Assembly (NCBI GenBank): GCA_963823555.1
Contig: CAWGMA010000001.1
Coordinates: 224,001-288,000 of the forward strand
DNA length: 64,000 nucleotides
Reading direction: 5' to 3'
Source of the DNA: Candidatus Eiseniibacteriota bacterium
Lineage (GTDB): Bacteria; Eisenbacteria; RBG-16-71-46; CAVPCR01
Shown here piece by piece: positions 38,065 to 48,014 of this stretch (position 1 is the stretch's first letter; every line of letters begins with the position of its first letter). The notes beneath the pieces are model-generated. The model was not told the origin of the DNA, made no database searches, and saw nothing but the letters and a program-made list of their open reading frames with translations. Both the position numbers and the translations under genes were made by a program.

Positions 38065-39459
38065 GTGATCGAGGCTCGCGCGGTCAGCATCTGCCGCGGC
38101 GCCGCCGTGCCCGTCGTCACCGATCTGACTCTTGAACTGGCTCCCGGTGAGCGCGTGTCACTTCTCGGCCGCTCGGGATCCGGCAAGTCGAGCTTGTTCC
38201 TGGTCCTTGCCGGGCTCATCCCGCCCGCCGCCGGAGACGTGCAGATCGATGGATTGCGGGCTGCATCGCGTCCCGAACGGCGTCATGTCGCCGGACGTGT
38301 GGGGCTCCTGTTTCAGAATCCAGAGACCCAGATCCTCACCACACGCGTGGCCGACGAGCTTGCCTTCGGGCTTGAACAACTGGGATGGTCGACGGGGCGC
38401 ATTCGCGATCGTGTCGTCCGTGTCGCTCGGGAGCTTGGCCTGGCCCCCCTGCTCGCACGCTCGCCGAACGAGCTATCAGGGGGGGAGCTGCAACGGGTTG
38501 CCCTGGCGGCTGCAGTGGCGGCCGAGCCTCGCTATCTTCTCCTCGATGAACCCACATCGCACCTCGATGCCGAGTCGGCCGAGGAGATCGAGCTCTGGAT
38601 CGAGCGCACCAAGGCCGAGAGCGGGGCGCTCGTGCTCACCGCCGACCCGCGACCGCGCCGGACTGCCGGCCGCGGAAGAGCGGCTGCCGGCGCGACGCCC
38701 GGCGAAAGGCACATCGTGCTCGATTCGGGCCGAGTGGCTCACGATTCGCGAGAGGATCTTCCGCCCGATCTTGCCGGCCACCTGGCCGGCACCCGTGGTG
38801 ATCCCCTGCCGGTGCCGGAGATCTGGCCATCCCAGCTGACACCGCGTGCTGGTGGTTGCGCGCTCCTTGCGCGCGGGCTCGATGCCGGCTTCGATGGCCG
38901 GCCCATCGTCCGCGGGGTCAATCTCGAGATCCGGAGCGGCGAGGTCGTCAGTCTGGCTGGCCGCAACGGTGCAGGGAAGTCGACCTTGCTGCTCACCCTC
39001 GCCGGCTTACTGCCCCCGCTTTCGGGAGGCGTGGAGCTGAGACCGAAGGGAACGCTCCGGGAGCGCGTGTCCTGTGTCGTGCAGTTCGCCGAACGCCTCT
39101 TCTACCGGCCGACGGTGGACGAGGAGCTCGCCGAATGGGCGCTGTCGCCGGAGGCGTCGCGGGCCGCGCTGGCCATGGTCGGTCTCGACGCCAGGGGCCC
39201 GCGGTCTCCATTCCAGCTGTCGGGTGGTGAGGTGCGCCGTCTCGCCCTGGCCGCGGGTGTCGCTTCGTGCCGGCCGATCCTGCTTCTGGACGAACCCAAC
39301 GCCGGCCTCGACGGACCAGGCCAGGCAGCCCTCGCCCGCATGGTTCGCGCCTTCGCCGCCGCCGGCGGCTCGGTTCTCGTCTCCAGCCACGACCCTGACA
39401 TCCTGGCCCTGGGCGACCGCCATCTCCGGCTCGCCGCAGGGCGACTCGAAGCAGCCTGA
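38065..39459 (+). CDS. Tandem ABC ATPase, ECF-transporter type
   Basis: Two Walker A motifs (GRSGSGKS, GRNGAGKS), FQNPE, two LSGGE, DEPT and DEPN. Confidence 0.85.
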   Translation: MIEARAVSICRGAAVPVVTDLTLELAPGERVSLLGRSGSGKSSLFLVLAGLIPPAAGDVQIDGLRAASRPERRHVAGRVGLLFQNPETQILTTRVADELAFGLEQLGWSTGRIRDRVVRVARELGLAPLLARSPNELSGGELQRVALAAAVAAEPRYLLLDEPTSHLDAESAEEIELWIERTKAESGALVLTADPRPRRTAGRGRAAAGATPGERHIVLDSGRVAHDSREDLPPDLAGHLAGTRGDPLPVPEIWPSQLTPRAGGCALLARGLDAGFDGRPIVRGVNLEIRSGEVVSLAGRNGAGKSTLLLTLAGLLPPLSGGVELRPKGTLRERVSCVVQFAERLFYRPTVDEELAEWALSPEASRAALAMVGLDARGPRSPFQLSGGEVRRLALAAGVASCRPILLLDEPNAGLDGPGQAALARMVRAFAAAGGSVLVSSHDPDILALGDRHLRLAAGRLEAA

Positions 39460-39467
39460 CCGGCCCT

Positions 39468-41318
39468 TCATGACGCCAAGGACAGCCGGGAGAGAGCCCT
39501 CTCGTCGATCTCGACGCGGGTCGCGCGGCGAACCTCGTCGATCTTCGCGTCCACCCTGGCCCTGGTCTCCTCGGCGGCGAGGTGGGTCTTGATCGATTGC
39601 TCCATCTCGGCGAAGGATCGGGGTTCCGACGGCACTTTCTCGATCACCTGCACGATCTCCCAGCCGAGGCCGCTCTTGAACGGCGGGATCAGTTCGCCGG
39701 GCTCGTGCTCGAGGGCCACGTCGGCCATGCCATACATGCTGCCTTCACCGAAGAGATCGGTCTCACCTCCCCGCCAGTTGGTCGTCTCATCCTTCGAGAA
39801 GCGCTCGGCCAGGGCGGCGAAATCAGCGCCGCCTTCGAGCCTGTCCACGAGGTCGCGTGCTTCTTCCTCGGTGCCGACGACGATGCGTCGGGCCCGGGCC
39901 CGCTCGCCCGTCATGTACTCGAACTTGTGCTCCTCCCAGTAGGCGCGTGCGTCGGCCGTCGGTATGTCCTCGGCCCGCACAGTGAGCGTGGCTCCCACCA
40001 TCATCGCCATGCGGTTCTCCTTACGCCGCTTGAGTTCAAGATCGAGGGCCGGCACATGCTCCTGGATGATCGCCTTCTTCTCCAAGATATATAGCTTGTC
40101 GAAGGCATGACCCAGCACGAACTGGCGAATCTGCACGTCCGAGTCGCGCCACAGGCAGGTGGGACAGGTCTGCATCGAACGCGAGATCTTGTTGAACTCC
40201 GCCACTGTGAGCCCGCCACCGGTGAAGTTCACGATGTCGAGCGCCGTCTCCTCGGGCGGCCAGTCGAGGAAGATCCATGAGGTAGGCAGCGAGTCCGTCC
40301 GCACGGCGTTGATCGCTTCCCAGGAGGAGATCTTGTCACGCAGCCGATGGGTAAAGACCGCGAAGTTCTCTTCGTTGATCTGCACGTCGTACTTGGTCAT
40401 GACCGACTTCTGCCACGTATACAGCGCATCGGCCGCCTTTCGCGCACCCACGCGCTTCGCGAGATCGGGGCGCATGTCCTCGTAGCTGCGCGACGGTGAC
40501 CGATCGCGCGCCTTGCTCTCGACCCTGAACAGCTTGTAGTGCTCGCCCTTTCCCTTCAAGACTTCGCTCAGTTCGCCCGGCTCGAGGTTGAACGCCACAT
40601 CCTCGTAGTGGATGATCATGCGCCCCGCGAGCACCTCCCCCATGTCGCCGCCCTGCATCGCCGTCATCTTGTCCTCCGAGTAACGGCGGGCCAGGTCAGC
40701 GAAATCCTCGCCGGCCAGGATTCGTCCGCGCAGTTCCTCGGCGAGGTCGCGGCGCTCCACCGACAGATGCTTGACGTGGAGGGTGTAGAAGTACCTGTCG
40801 TATAGCTCCCTGAGCTCAGCATCGCTGATCTCGAGTTGACCCGCGTAGATTCGCCGGCGCAGCTCCTCGCCCGCGATCTGGTCTGCCAACTGGGATACAT
40901 GGCCGACGAGCGGTCCTGCCCGGTCGTAGCCGCGGCGGTAGGCTTCCTGGACGAGGAGCCTCTCGTTGACAAGTCCGTCGATCACGGTTGCCTTCAGGGA
41001 ATCCGGTCCCGCCGCTCGATCCAGACCCTTGCCATGGTCGAGGGCGTAGTGGAAGTCGCCGGCCGTGATGACCTCATCTCCGACGCGCGCCAGAGCGGTC
41101 GGATCCTCCCACTCCGGGGGGGGCGGTCTGAGCCGAGGATCCTCGAAAGGATGGGCTTCGTCCGCCTCCTCGCCTTCGGCGGATGCTCCGGCATCATTCT
41201 GCTCTGCGGCCTGGGCCTGCGCGGTTGCGGGCCGCCATTGGGCTCCCGGGGCCAGGGTCATGAGCGCTGCCAAAATGGCAGGCAAGAGCCGGATCCGTGA
41301 CCTGAACTTCATGGACAT
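39468..41318 (-). CDS. Exported peptidyl-prolyl isomerase/chaperone with two parvulin domains (SurA/PrsA-like)
   Basis: Signal peptide; GEDFADLARRYSED..GGDMG and GADFAALAERFSKD..GG; internal CPTC. Confidence 0.85.
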   Translation of the reverse strand: MSMKFRSRIRLLPAILAALMTLAPGAQWRPATAQAQAAEQNDAGASAEGEEADEAHPFEDPRLRPPPPEWEDPTALARVGDEVITAGDFHYALDHGKGLDRAAGPDSLKATVIDGLVNERLLVQEAYRRGYDRAGPLVGHVSQLADQIAGEELRRRIYAGQLEISDAELRELYDRYFYTLHVKHLSVERRDLAEELRGRILAGEDFADLARRYSEDKMTAMQGGDMGEVLAGRMIIHYEDVAFNLEPGELSEVLKGKGEHYKLFRVESKARDRSPSRSYEDMRPDLAKRVGARKAADALYTWQKSVMTKYDVQINEENFAVFTHRLRDKISSWEAINAVRTDSLPTSWIFLDWPPEETALDIVNFTGGGLTVAEFNKISRSMQTCPTCLWRDSDVQIRQFVLGHAFDKLYILEKKAIIQEHVPALDLELKRRKENRMAMMVGATLTVRAEDIPTADARAYWEEHKFEYMTGERARARRIVVGTEEEARDLVDRLEGGADFAALAERFSKDETTNWRGGETDLFGEGSMYGMADVALEHEPGELIPPFKSGLGWEIVQVIEKVPSEPRSFAEMEQSIKTHLAAEETRARVDAKIDEVRRATRVEIDERALSRLSLAS

Positions 41319-41673
41319 CTCGTAGTCCCTTGAGCGTCTGGGTTGGCAAGAGGGGTGCCGGGAAGAGCCGTGGGAAGCTCCAAGGCTACCAAAGCCCGAG
41401 CCCTTCTCACAATTGAATGGACTGGTAGGGGTAGGAGGGGGGGGCCGCTCGGGATGCGCCCCGTGCCCCCCGGGGTCCGCCCCATCAGCTCGGGGCGGCC
41501 TGTGAGCGTCCCCCGGTTGCCGCCCCCGCAGCGACCGCAGGCAACTGTTTCAGTTCTGTCCACTTGGACCCAGAGAGGGCCCGCCTGTCCTGTGGCGAAT
41601 TGCCCCGGCGAGGCCTACCGGAGGTCACCGGGCAGGGGGGAGATGATCGCTAACCTGCTGTAAAGGTAGCGCA

Positions 41674-41703
41674 TTGACACCCTTAACGGGGGTGTGCTAT
41701 ATT
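41674..41703 (+). promoter_or_regulatory. Strong sigma70 promoter ~620 nt upstream of the large secreted-protein gene
   Basis: TTGACA-18 bp-TATATT with an extended TG, and inverted repeat acaccc...gggtgt spanning the spacer. Confidence 0.7.
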
Positions 41704-41709
41704 GCCCAT

Positions 41710-42324
41710 GCGGGTTTAGGACTAGGGCCAAGCGCCGATCATGCTGCGGGCTACCTTTGTCGTCTCCTACTGGTAAGCCCCAACGTCCCGTCGACTTGCC
41801 TTCTAGTCTCTTACGTGCTCCCGCAGCGTCGCCTAAAGGGAGGTCCCCAACCAAGCCTCAAGGAAGAGCGTGCATCTGGCCTGCAAGCTCGCCGGTCGGT
41901 GCCTTCTCGGTACTTGAGAAATGAACCCCGATGGAGCCGGTTTGCTCCCGGATTTGTCGGGGCCTTGTGCGGAGGTCATCCTGCGAAGCTCGCGGTTGCA
42001 CGGCCGACGGTTGTGTGGCCCGCACCGAGGTTCTCGGGAATCGCAGTGGGTAGACCGGGCGTTCGGTTCGAGACTCGCGTGAGCGATGCTGGGACCGGGC
42101 CCCTCGTGGAGGAGAAAGCTCGACGAGAGCGCTTTCGTGACCGGCGCATAGGAAGCTCTGACGCCAAACTGAGCATTCGGCAGGTCGCGTGAGCGGCCCC
42201 GCCCGGCTCCGGGACCTCTTCCCTGGAGGGAGGCTGGGCCACCAGCTTCGTTCCTGCTTCGGCAACCAGCGTGGAATCCACAGCGTGGAAGCCGAGGTAG
42301 CTCATCGACGATGGAGGACCAACG
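41710..42324 (+). other. Long structured 5' leader or ncRNA
   Basis: No credible ORF; many local and long-range stems (see findings); ends at RBS ggagga (42313-42318). Confidence 0.5.
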
Positions 42325-45300
42325 ATGAGGAAAGTATTCGTGCTGACGGCGGCCATGCTTGCCGTCTGCGTCGCCTCCTCATTCGCCATGAAGGAAGTAC
42401 CGGCCAGTCGTTCCGACATCAACGACGTCGGGTCTTTCCTCGAGCCCCAGATGCAGGGCCCGTTGTCTGCATTTGCCGACACCGTCTACTTCGGCGGCGG
42501 CGGCACCGGGAATGGCAGTGTGGTGCGCGGCGGTACCTGGAACTGGGAGGCGAGCTCCGGTGAGCCGCCCCAGTTCTTCGTGGACGGGGATCCGGTCGGT
42601 AACCAGTACCGGGACGGCTGGACGTTCGATGATCGCACCGCCCGCAACGGCCCCTCGGCCACGGGCGCCGGTCACTGGGACGTCAACGGTACGTACAACT
42701 TCAACAACGACGGCGGCTCCTTCGCGCACCGCGCGACGACGCACGCCAACAACGGCCGGGATAACGGCCCCGATCCGCTCCAGGGCGCCTGGTCCCTGTG
42801 GATCGGGACCAACCTCCACCTGAACCCCGAGAACTGCGGCTGGGGTCAGATCGCCGGCTACGGTGACGGCTGGTCGCAGGGCTTCCAGAAGTCCTACGCG
42901 ATCGCGGCCGGGAACCTGGGTGCCAGCTACGACCTCAGGTTCTTCCACCGCTATGCGTGCGAGGCCGGGTTCGACACCAACTGGGTGGAGATCTCGCTCG
43001 ACGGTCAGTTCTGGGATCAGGTGGGTACCACCGACCTGCCGAACGGCATCTTCAACGACGGCGACTTCGCGAATCCGAAGCCGTCGGCGGCCGGTGGCAC
43101 CGAGGTGGTGAACCTCATCACGTGGCCGACGAACAACGCGGGCAACCTCTACGTTCGTTTCCGTCTCGCTTCAGACGCCTTCTTCTCGGACAACAACGAG
43201 GGAGGGAACTTCTTCTGGACGTGGCAGATCGACAACGTGGAGCTGTTGCGGAACGGTGTGTCGCAGGGTCAGGACACCTTCGAGGCGGGGCTGAACGGCT
43301 GGCAGCCGAAGTCCTTCGAAGGCTATGACTTCGCGACGACGACCACGCTTCAGCCGGCCGGCCGTATCGAGTCCATCTCGAATCTGGCCTGCCCGCCGAT
43401 CGTGGACTGCCCCGAGTCCTGCGGGCTGGAGAATCGTCTCCTCCTGTTCGCGGACAAGGACGATTGCGACATGAACGACTCGTTCCAGGATACGTACGCG
43501 ACGTCGCGTGCGTTCGCAATCGGCGGTCCGACTCAGCCCGATCTCGACGGGGCCGAGGGTCGTCTGTTCACCGCTGACCTGTACCTCGATGGCGGCGCCG
43601 GCTTCTTCGAGACCGGTCCGACCATCTGCTGGGTGTACTGGCCGTTCAATGCGAACAACTGCCCCTACACCCCGCCCGCAGGCGCGCCCGGCGCCGGGAT
43701 CACGTTCAACTGGTCCCAGACCGGATTCAACACCTGCGACTTCTTCTCCATGGGCACCGGCACCGACTGCGTCCTCGGTTTCCTCGATGACGTATCGGCC
43801 AACCTGCCGGCCGACGCCGACTCGGTGATCCTGCACATCGGCGCGTTCTCGCAGTGCCGCTCCGACGCCGCCTGCGACATCGCCGACAACGGCGCGCCCT
43901 TCTACGACAACATGCGCTTCGGCGTGTTCGATCCGGCGGGTATCTCCATCACCTCGAACACGATCGACCGCTTCACGGACAACTTCCCGACCCAGAACGG
44001 GTCGGTGGTGACCACTCCGGTGCGCACCGACGGCGCTCACAGCTTCTCCCAGAACCTGGGGATCGAGAACCCCCTGCGCTGGGTGCGGGCTGATACCGCC
44101 GCTGCGCTCACGGGTGCCTCGAACACCGCGATGTATCTGCGCTGGGCGGTGGAGCGTGGTCCGTGCCAGCCGAACCTGAACCATCCGTTCTTCGTGGCCT
44201 TCCCGCCGTCGGCTCCGGGCACGTTCCCGGCCGGCCTCATCTGGCACCAGGCGCGGATGGACTCGGCACAGGCTCAGGGCACCGGTGAGCTCATCGCCGG
44301 CGGCTACATGACCTGCTTCCACGAGAGCGATCCGCGGAACGGCACGTTCTGGACGGGTGTCCCGCCGGCAGTCGAGCCGTGCGACGACATCCTCCCCGAC
44401 GGGCTCTTCACCGCAGGGACGACGGTCTACTACTTCCTCGAGGCGCGGCTCGCCACGACCGGCGCAGTGACCGGTACCTTCCCCGCCGCGCGGGGCAAGG
44501 CACCGCTCAAGACCACCGCGACCTACAAGGACTTCTGGCTCCAGATCAACAACCTGCCGACGCTGACCGCGGCGTGCGATGGCACCTATGCCAACAACAT
44601 GCTCCTGATCAGCGACTATCAGACGAACGCGGTCCCCGGCCGTGGCACCATCGAGCGCGATCGCATGGTGGCGACGCTCTCGAGCCTCGGCCTCGACTTC
44701 GACGTCTATGACGTGGTCGGCACCAACTACACCGGAAGCTACGACGGCATTGGTCGGCGTGAAGACCGTCCGACGCAGCAGCCGCGTCCGCCGTACAACG
44801 GCGCGACGGACCTGATGCTGAACAACTACGACTGCATCTGGTATACCGGCGGTCTGCTCGATTCGGGCGTCATGCTCTCTGACCGGCGCACGCTGTCGCT
44901 CTTCGGCGGCCAGTCGTCCATCGACCAGCAGAAGCTCGAGACCTGGGTCACCGGCTGCACGGCCGGCAACAACCGGCTCCTCGTCCTCGACGGGATCGGC
45001 TGGGCCTCGTTCATCGACGTCAATACCACCAACGGTCCGCAGTTCCTGTCGAACCGTGGCGTGGACGTGCTTGCCGATGACTACGCCCAGGATCTGGCGA
45101 ACAACGACCTCCGTCGTTGCGCCCGCATCGTGGGCCAGGGTCCGGGTGCCGGCTTCACCGGAGAGATCTTCGGTTCGGGCTGCCCGGATAACTTGAACAT
45201 CGACGTTTTCGCGGCGATCTCGAACGGGGAGGCGGTAGCCAACTTCGTCGAATCCCTCGAGGACGGAGACGACCCGGTCAACTGCGCCGACGATCAGAAC

Positions 45301-45822
45301 CGTCCGGCGTGGTTGTCCGTGGTCCGGCGTCGCAACCCGGCGCGTACCTGCGAGCACTCGGTGGCCATGAGCTTCGCCTTCTCCGAGATGAACCCGCTGA
45401 ACTGCGCCGATCAGTGCCTGTTCAACGAGTACAAGATCAACGGGGCGAACGCTGAGCTGGTCATCGACCTGTTCCAGTGGGCTGGCTGCCCGATCAACGC
45501 CAACCCGATTGGTGTGGATCCGGTCGAGGCCCCACGCTTCGTGAACGAGCTCTACCAGGCTCAGCCGAACCCGGCGAACCCGGCGGCGACGATCCGCTAC
45601 ACGATCGCCCAGAAGGGCGATGTGTCGCTCAAGATCTTCGACGTCAGCGGTCGTCTGGTGCGGACGCTCGTCAATCAGGTTCAGGAGCCGGCAGCGACCC
45701 CGTTCGAGGTCGTCTGGGACGGCACGAACGATGGTGGTCAGCACGTCGGTTCGGGCGTGTTCTTCTACCAGATCGATGCGCCTGGGTTCTCGTCCTCGAA
45801 GAAGCTCGTGATCCTCAAGTAG
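42325..45822 (+). CDS. Large secreted Cys/Asn/Gly-rich protein with C-terminal FlgD-Ig/T9SS-like sorting domain
   Basis: Signal peptide SSFA-; about 25 Cys; C-terminus QAQPNPANP..IRYTI..IFDVSGRLVRTLV..WDGTNDGGQHVGSGVFFYQI..KKLVILK; strongly biased codon usage. Confidence 0.88.
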   Translation: MRKVFVLTAAMLAVCVASSFAMKEVPASRSDINDVGSFLEPQMQGPLSAFADTVYFGGGGTGNGSVVRGGTWNWEASSGEPPQFFVDGDPVGNQYRDGWTFDDRTARNGPSATGAGHWDVNGTYNFNNDGGSFAHRATTHANNGRDNGPDPLQGAWSLWIGTNLHLNPENCGWGQIAGYGDGWSQGFQKSYAIAAGNLGASYDLRFFHRYACEAGFDTNWVEISLDGQFWDQVGTTDLPNGIFNDGDFANPKPSAAGGTEVVNLITWPTNNAGNLYVRFRLASDAFFSDNNEGGNFFWTWQIDNVELLRNGVSQGQDTFEAGLNGWQPKSFEGYDFATTTTLQPAGRIESISNLACPPIVDCPESCGLENRLLLFADKDDCDMNDSFQDTYATSRAFAIGGPTQPDLDGAEGRLFTADLYLDGGAGFFETGPTICWVYWPFNANNCPYTPPAGAPGAGITFNWSQTGFNTCDFFSMGTGTDCVLGFLDDVSANLPADADSVILHIGAFSQCRSDAACDIADNGAPFYDNMRFGVFDPAGISITSNTIDRFTDNFPTQNGSVVTTPVRTDGAHSFSQNLGIENPLRWVRADTAAALTGASNTAMYLRWAVERGPCQPNLNHPFFVAFPPSAPGTFPAGLIWHQARMDSAQAQGTGELIAGGYMTCFHESDPRNGTFWTGVPPAVEPCDDILPDGLFTAGTTVYYFLEARLATTGAVTGTFPAARGKAPLKTTATYKDFWLQINNLPTLTAACDGTYANNMLLISDYQTNAVPGRGTIERDRMVATLSSLGLDFDVYDVVGTNYTGSYDGIGRREDRPTQQPRPPYNGATDLMLNNYDCIWYTGGLLDSGVMLSDRRTLSLFGGQSSIDQQKLETWVTGCTAGNNRLLVLDGIGWASFIDVNTTNGPQFLSNRGVDVLADDYAQDLANNDLRRCARIVGQGPGAGFTGEIFGSGCPDNLNIDVFAAISNGEAVANFVESLEDGDDPVNCADDQNRPAWLSVVRRRNPARTCEHSVAMSFAFSEMNPLNCADQCLFNEYKINGANAELVIDLFQWAGCPINANPIGVDPVEAPRFVNELYQAQPNPANPAATIRYTIAQKGDVSLKIFDVSGRLVRTLVNQVQEPAATPFEVVWDGTNDGGQHVGSGVFFYQIDAPGFSSSKKLVILK

Positions 45823-45862
45823 AATCACGGGCCGACTCGGGGTCGATACCGAGGTCGGAAAA

Positions 45863-45905
45863 GCGGGCCGGGAGTCCTTCGTGGACTCCCGGCCCGCAGC
45901 TTTTT
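45863..45905 (+). terminator. Intrinsic terminator
   Basis: Perfect 15-bp stem gcgggccgggagtcc/ggactcccggcccgc, then agcttttt. Confidence 0.88.
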
Positions 45906-46153
45906 GGCTTCGTCTACAGCGAGATGAGACAGGCGGTCAACTCGAGTCCGATCGGGATCGATCCAACCGCGGCCCCCCGCTTCGTGGACGAGCTCTACCA
46001 GGCCCAGCCCAACCCGGCGAATCCCGCGGCCATGATCCGCTACTCGATCTCTCAGCCGGGCGAGGTACGGCTCCGGATATTCGGCGTGGGCGGGCGTCTG
46101 GTGCGGACCCTGGTCGATGAGATCCAGGAGCCAGCGGCGACCCGGCTGGAGGC
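45906..46153 (+). pseudogene. Truncated paralogous copy of the C-terminal sorting domain
   Basis: FVYSEM..VNSSPIGIDPTAAPRFVDELYQAQPNPANPAAMIRYSI..GGRLVRTLVDEIQEPAATRLE aligns with the end of 42325..45822. It lacks the WDG..LK end and a signal peptide. Confidence 0.75.
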
Positions 46154-46299
46154 CCCGAGAGGCCTCCGGCCCGTCCTCTGCCCGGGAAAGCACCCGAGTT
46201 CCTTCCGTATCCTGGTAACAAGGTTGTCAACCGGCGGTTCGGCTTGCCTCGGCGGCCGGCGGGGAGCTAAACAAAAGGATGGAAGATCGCCGACGGTCG

Positions 46300-46328
46300 T
46301 TGACAGCCGGTGGTGAGCTTGATACCGT
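46300..46328 (+). promoter_or_regulatory. Putative sigma70 promoter of the lipoprotein operon
   Basis: TTGACA-17 bp-TACCGT. Confidence 0.5.
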
Positions 46329-46493
46329 TCCGCGGCCGTTTATGCGGCATTTCTGCTGGAAGCTGTCTCTCCCACAGGAGCCGCCGCCGGGTCTTCGGAT
46401 CCGAAAGCGCGGCCCAAGCCGCCCAGGCCGGGGATGTGGATTGCGAGGTCGAGGTCGAGGTCGCTGAAAGGCAGCCCGCGCCGGACTCCGCGA

Positions 46494-47981
46494 ATGAAGG
46501 GATTCGAGCCCGTGACCAGCTTCACCAGGCGCAGGACGACTTGCGCACTATCGCTATGGGTGCTGTTCTCGCTCCTTCTCCTTGGCCTGCACATCGCGTG
46601 CACGCCGGAACCCGAGCAGACTCGCGTCATACCCAACCAGGCGCCCGATACCTATATCTCCGGCGCGCCGCTCGATAGCTCGAACGCATTTCATCGCTAC
46701 CATGTCTACTGGTCGGGCTTCGATCCTGATGGCGAGGTCGTGGAGTACGGCATTGCCGTGACTGATTCCAATATCGTGCCTCTGCTCCCCGACTACCGCC
46801 GGACGACGCGCACGGATTCGATCATCGAGTTCGTGGCCAATAATGAGGTCGTGCTCTCCCACGCTGTCTGGGTCTTCGCCGTTGACAACGAGGGCGAACG
46901 CGATCCGACGCCGGACCGCAAGTACTTCAACGCGGTCGATGTCAGTCGTCCGGTGCCGTTCATCACGGGAGCCGAGAAGACCGTGAACGGAGAGACCGGG
47001 GCGCTCGCGCTCAATGATACGTTGCCCACTGCGGGGTCGAGCGTCCGCATCCGCTGGTCTGCTACCGACGACGACCTCGGCGGCTCGATCACCGCCTATC
47101 GCATCAAGCTCAGCACCGAGAACGCTTTCACCGAGATTCCGGCGGACTCGACCAGCGCCTCTTACTCCGGGCTGCCGAGCGGAGCCTACGAATTCCTGGT
47201 CGAGGCGGTCGACAACGCAGGTGCCGAGTCGCTCGACCCGGCGCGGTGGTCTTGGATCGTGAACAGCGAGCCGGACACCCGTTTTACGAGCATGGTCGTC
47301 AACGGCGAGCAGTTTGATGTCAACGCGGGCCAGGGCCCATGGGAGCCCTGCGAGTGGCCCGAAGCGGTGCCGACCATTCGCGACTCGAGCCGGGTGCTGT
47401 TCTTCTTCGAGGGCAACGATCGCGATGGGGAAGTGGTGGGATTCTCCTACCGAATCGTGCGCACCGACATCACGCGCTGCTCCTCGCGCTTCGGGCCGTA
47501 CTCCGTGTTCCAGCCCGAGGATTTCATCAGCTTGCCGGTCGCGCCGCCGAGCAATCCTGATACCGCCGCGGCCTTCTTCACGTCGAACGACTATGAAGTG
47601 TTCGTACGCAGTCTGGACGCGGAGGGCAAAGCGGATGGTTCGCCACCGAGCATCAAGTTCCGCGTCAACTTCACTCCCCGCTTGAGGGCATCAGCCCTGT
47701 TCCCCGGACAGGGAGCAGTCGTCGATTCCTCGCAGGCGGTGAATGACAGTCTCGTGGTCCGTTTCTCGGCCGATGACGTGGAAAGCCCGCCGGCCGCCAT
47801 GTCCTATCGGGTTGTCCTCGACGGTCGCTATGGGCTCGTTGTCGGTCCGGTCAATACCGAGGACGAGCTGTTCTATCAGTTCCCGTTCCCGGAGGCAGGG
47901 CCGCACACGCTCGTCTACACCGTTGCCGACCCGGGACTCAGAACCGATGAGGTGACCGTGGAGTTCACGGTCGCGGAGTAG
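46494..47981 (+). CDS. Lipoprotein with tandem Ig/Fn3-like domains
   Basis: Lipobox LHIAC; repeats of PDT, W/F-x-G-x-D-x-DG and V-x-AVDN-x-G. Start uncertain. Confidence 0.75.
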   Translation: MKGFEPVTSFTRRRTTCALSLWVLFSLLLLGLHIACTPEPEQTRVIPNQAPDTYISGAPLDSSNAFHRYHVYWSGFDPDGEVVEYGIAVTDSNIVPLLPDYRRTTRTDSIIEFVANNEVVLSHAVWVFAVDNEGERDPTPDRKYFNAVDVSRPVPFITGAEKTVNGETGALALNDTLPTAGSSVRIRWSATDDDLGGSITAYRIKLSTENAFTEIPADSTSASYSGLPSGAYEFLVEAVDNAGAESLDPARWSWIVNSEPDTRFTSMVVNGEQFDVNAGQGPWEPCEWPEAVPTIRDSSRVLFFFEGNDRDGEVVGFSYRIVRTDITRCSSRFGPYSVFQPEDFISLPVAPPSNPDTAAAFFTSNDYEVFVRSLDAEGKADGSPPSIKFRVNFTPRLRASALFPGQGAVVDSSQAVNDSLVVRFSADDVESPPAAMSYRVVLDGRYGLVVGPVNTEDELFYQFPFPEAGPHTLVYTVADPGLRTDEVTVEFTVAE

Positions 47982-48014
47982 GTTCCAGGCATCCCCTAGA
48001 GGAAAGAGCTCCAG

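Noticed and set aside
41515..41555. Cobalamin riboswitch-like words (gcccccgc ... caactgt)
   Set aside because: The words are not contiguous and the other B12-box elements are absent.
41674..42192. 172-aa ORF in the long intergenic region
   Set aside because: Its TTG start is the -35 hexamer, it has no RBS, and its composition is not protein-like.
45490..46153. Repeat pair as a diversity-generating retroelement (VR/TR)
   Set aside because: Differences are not adenine-specific and are often synonymous third-position changes, and there is no reverse transcriptase gene in the window.
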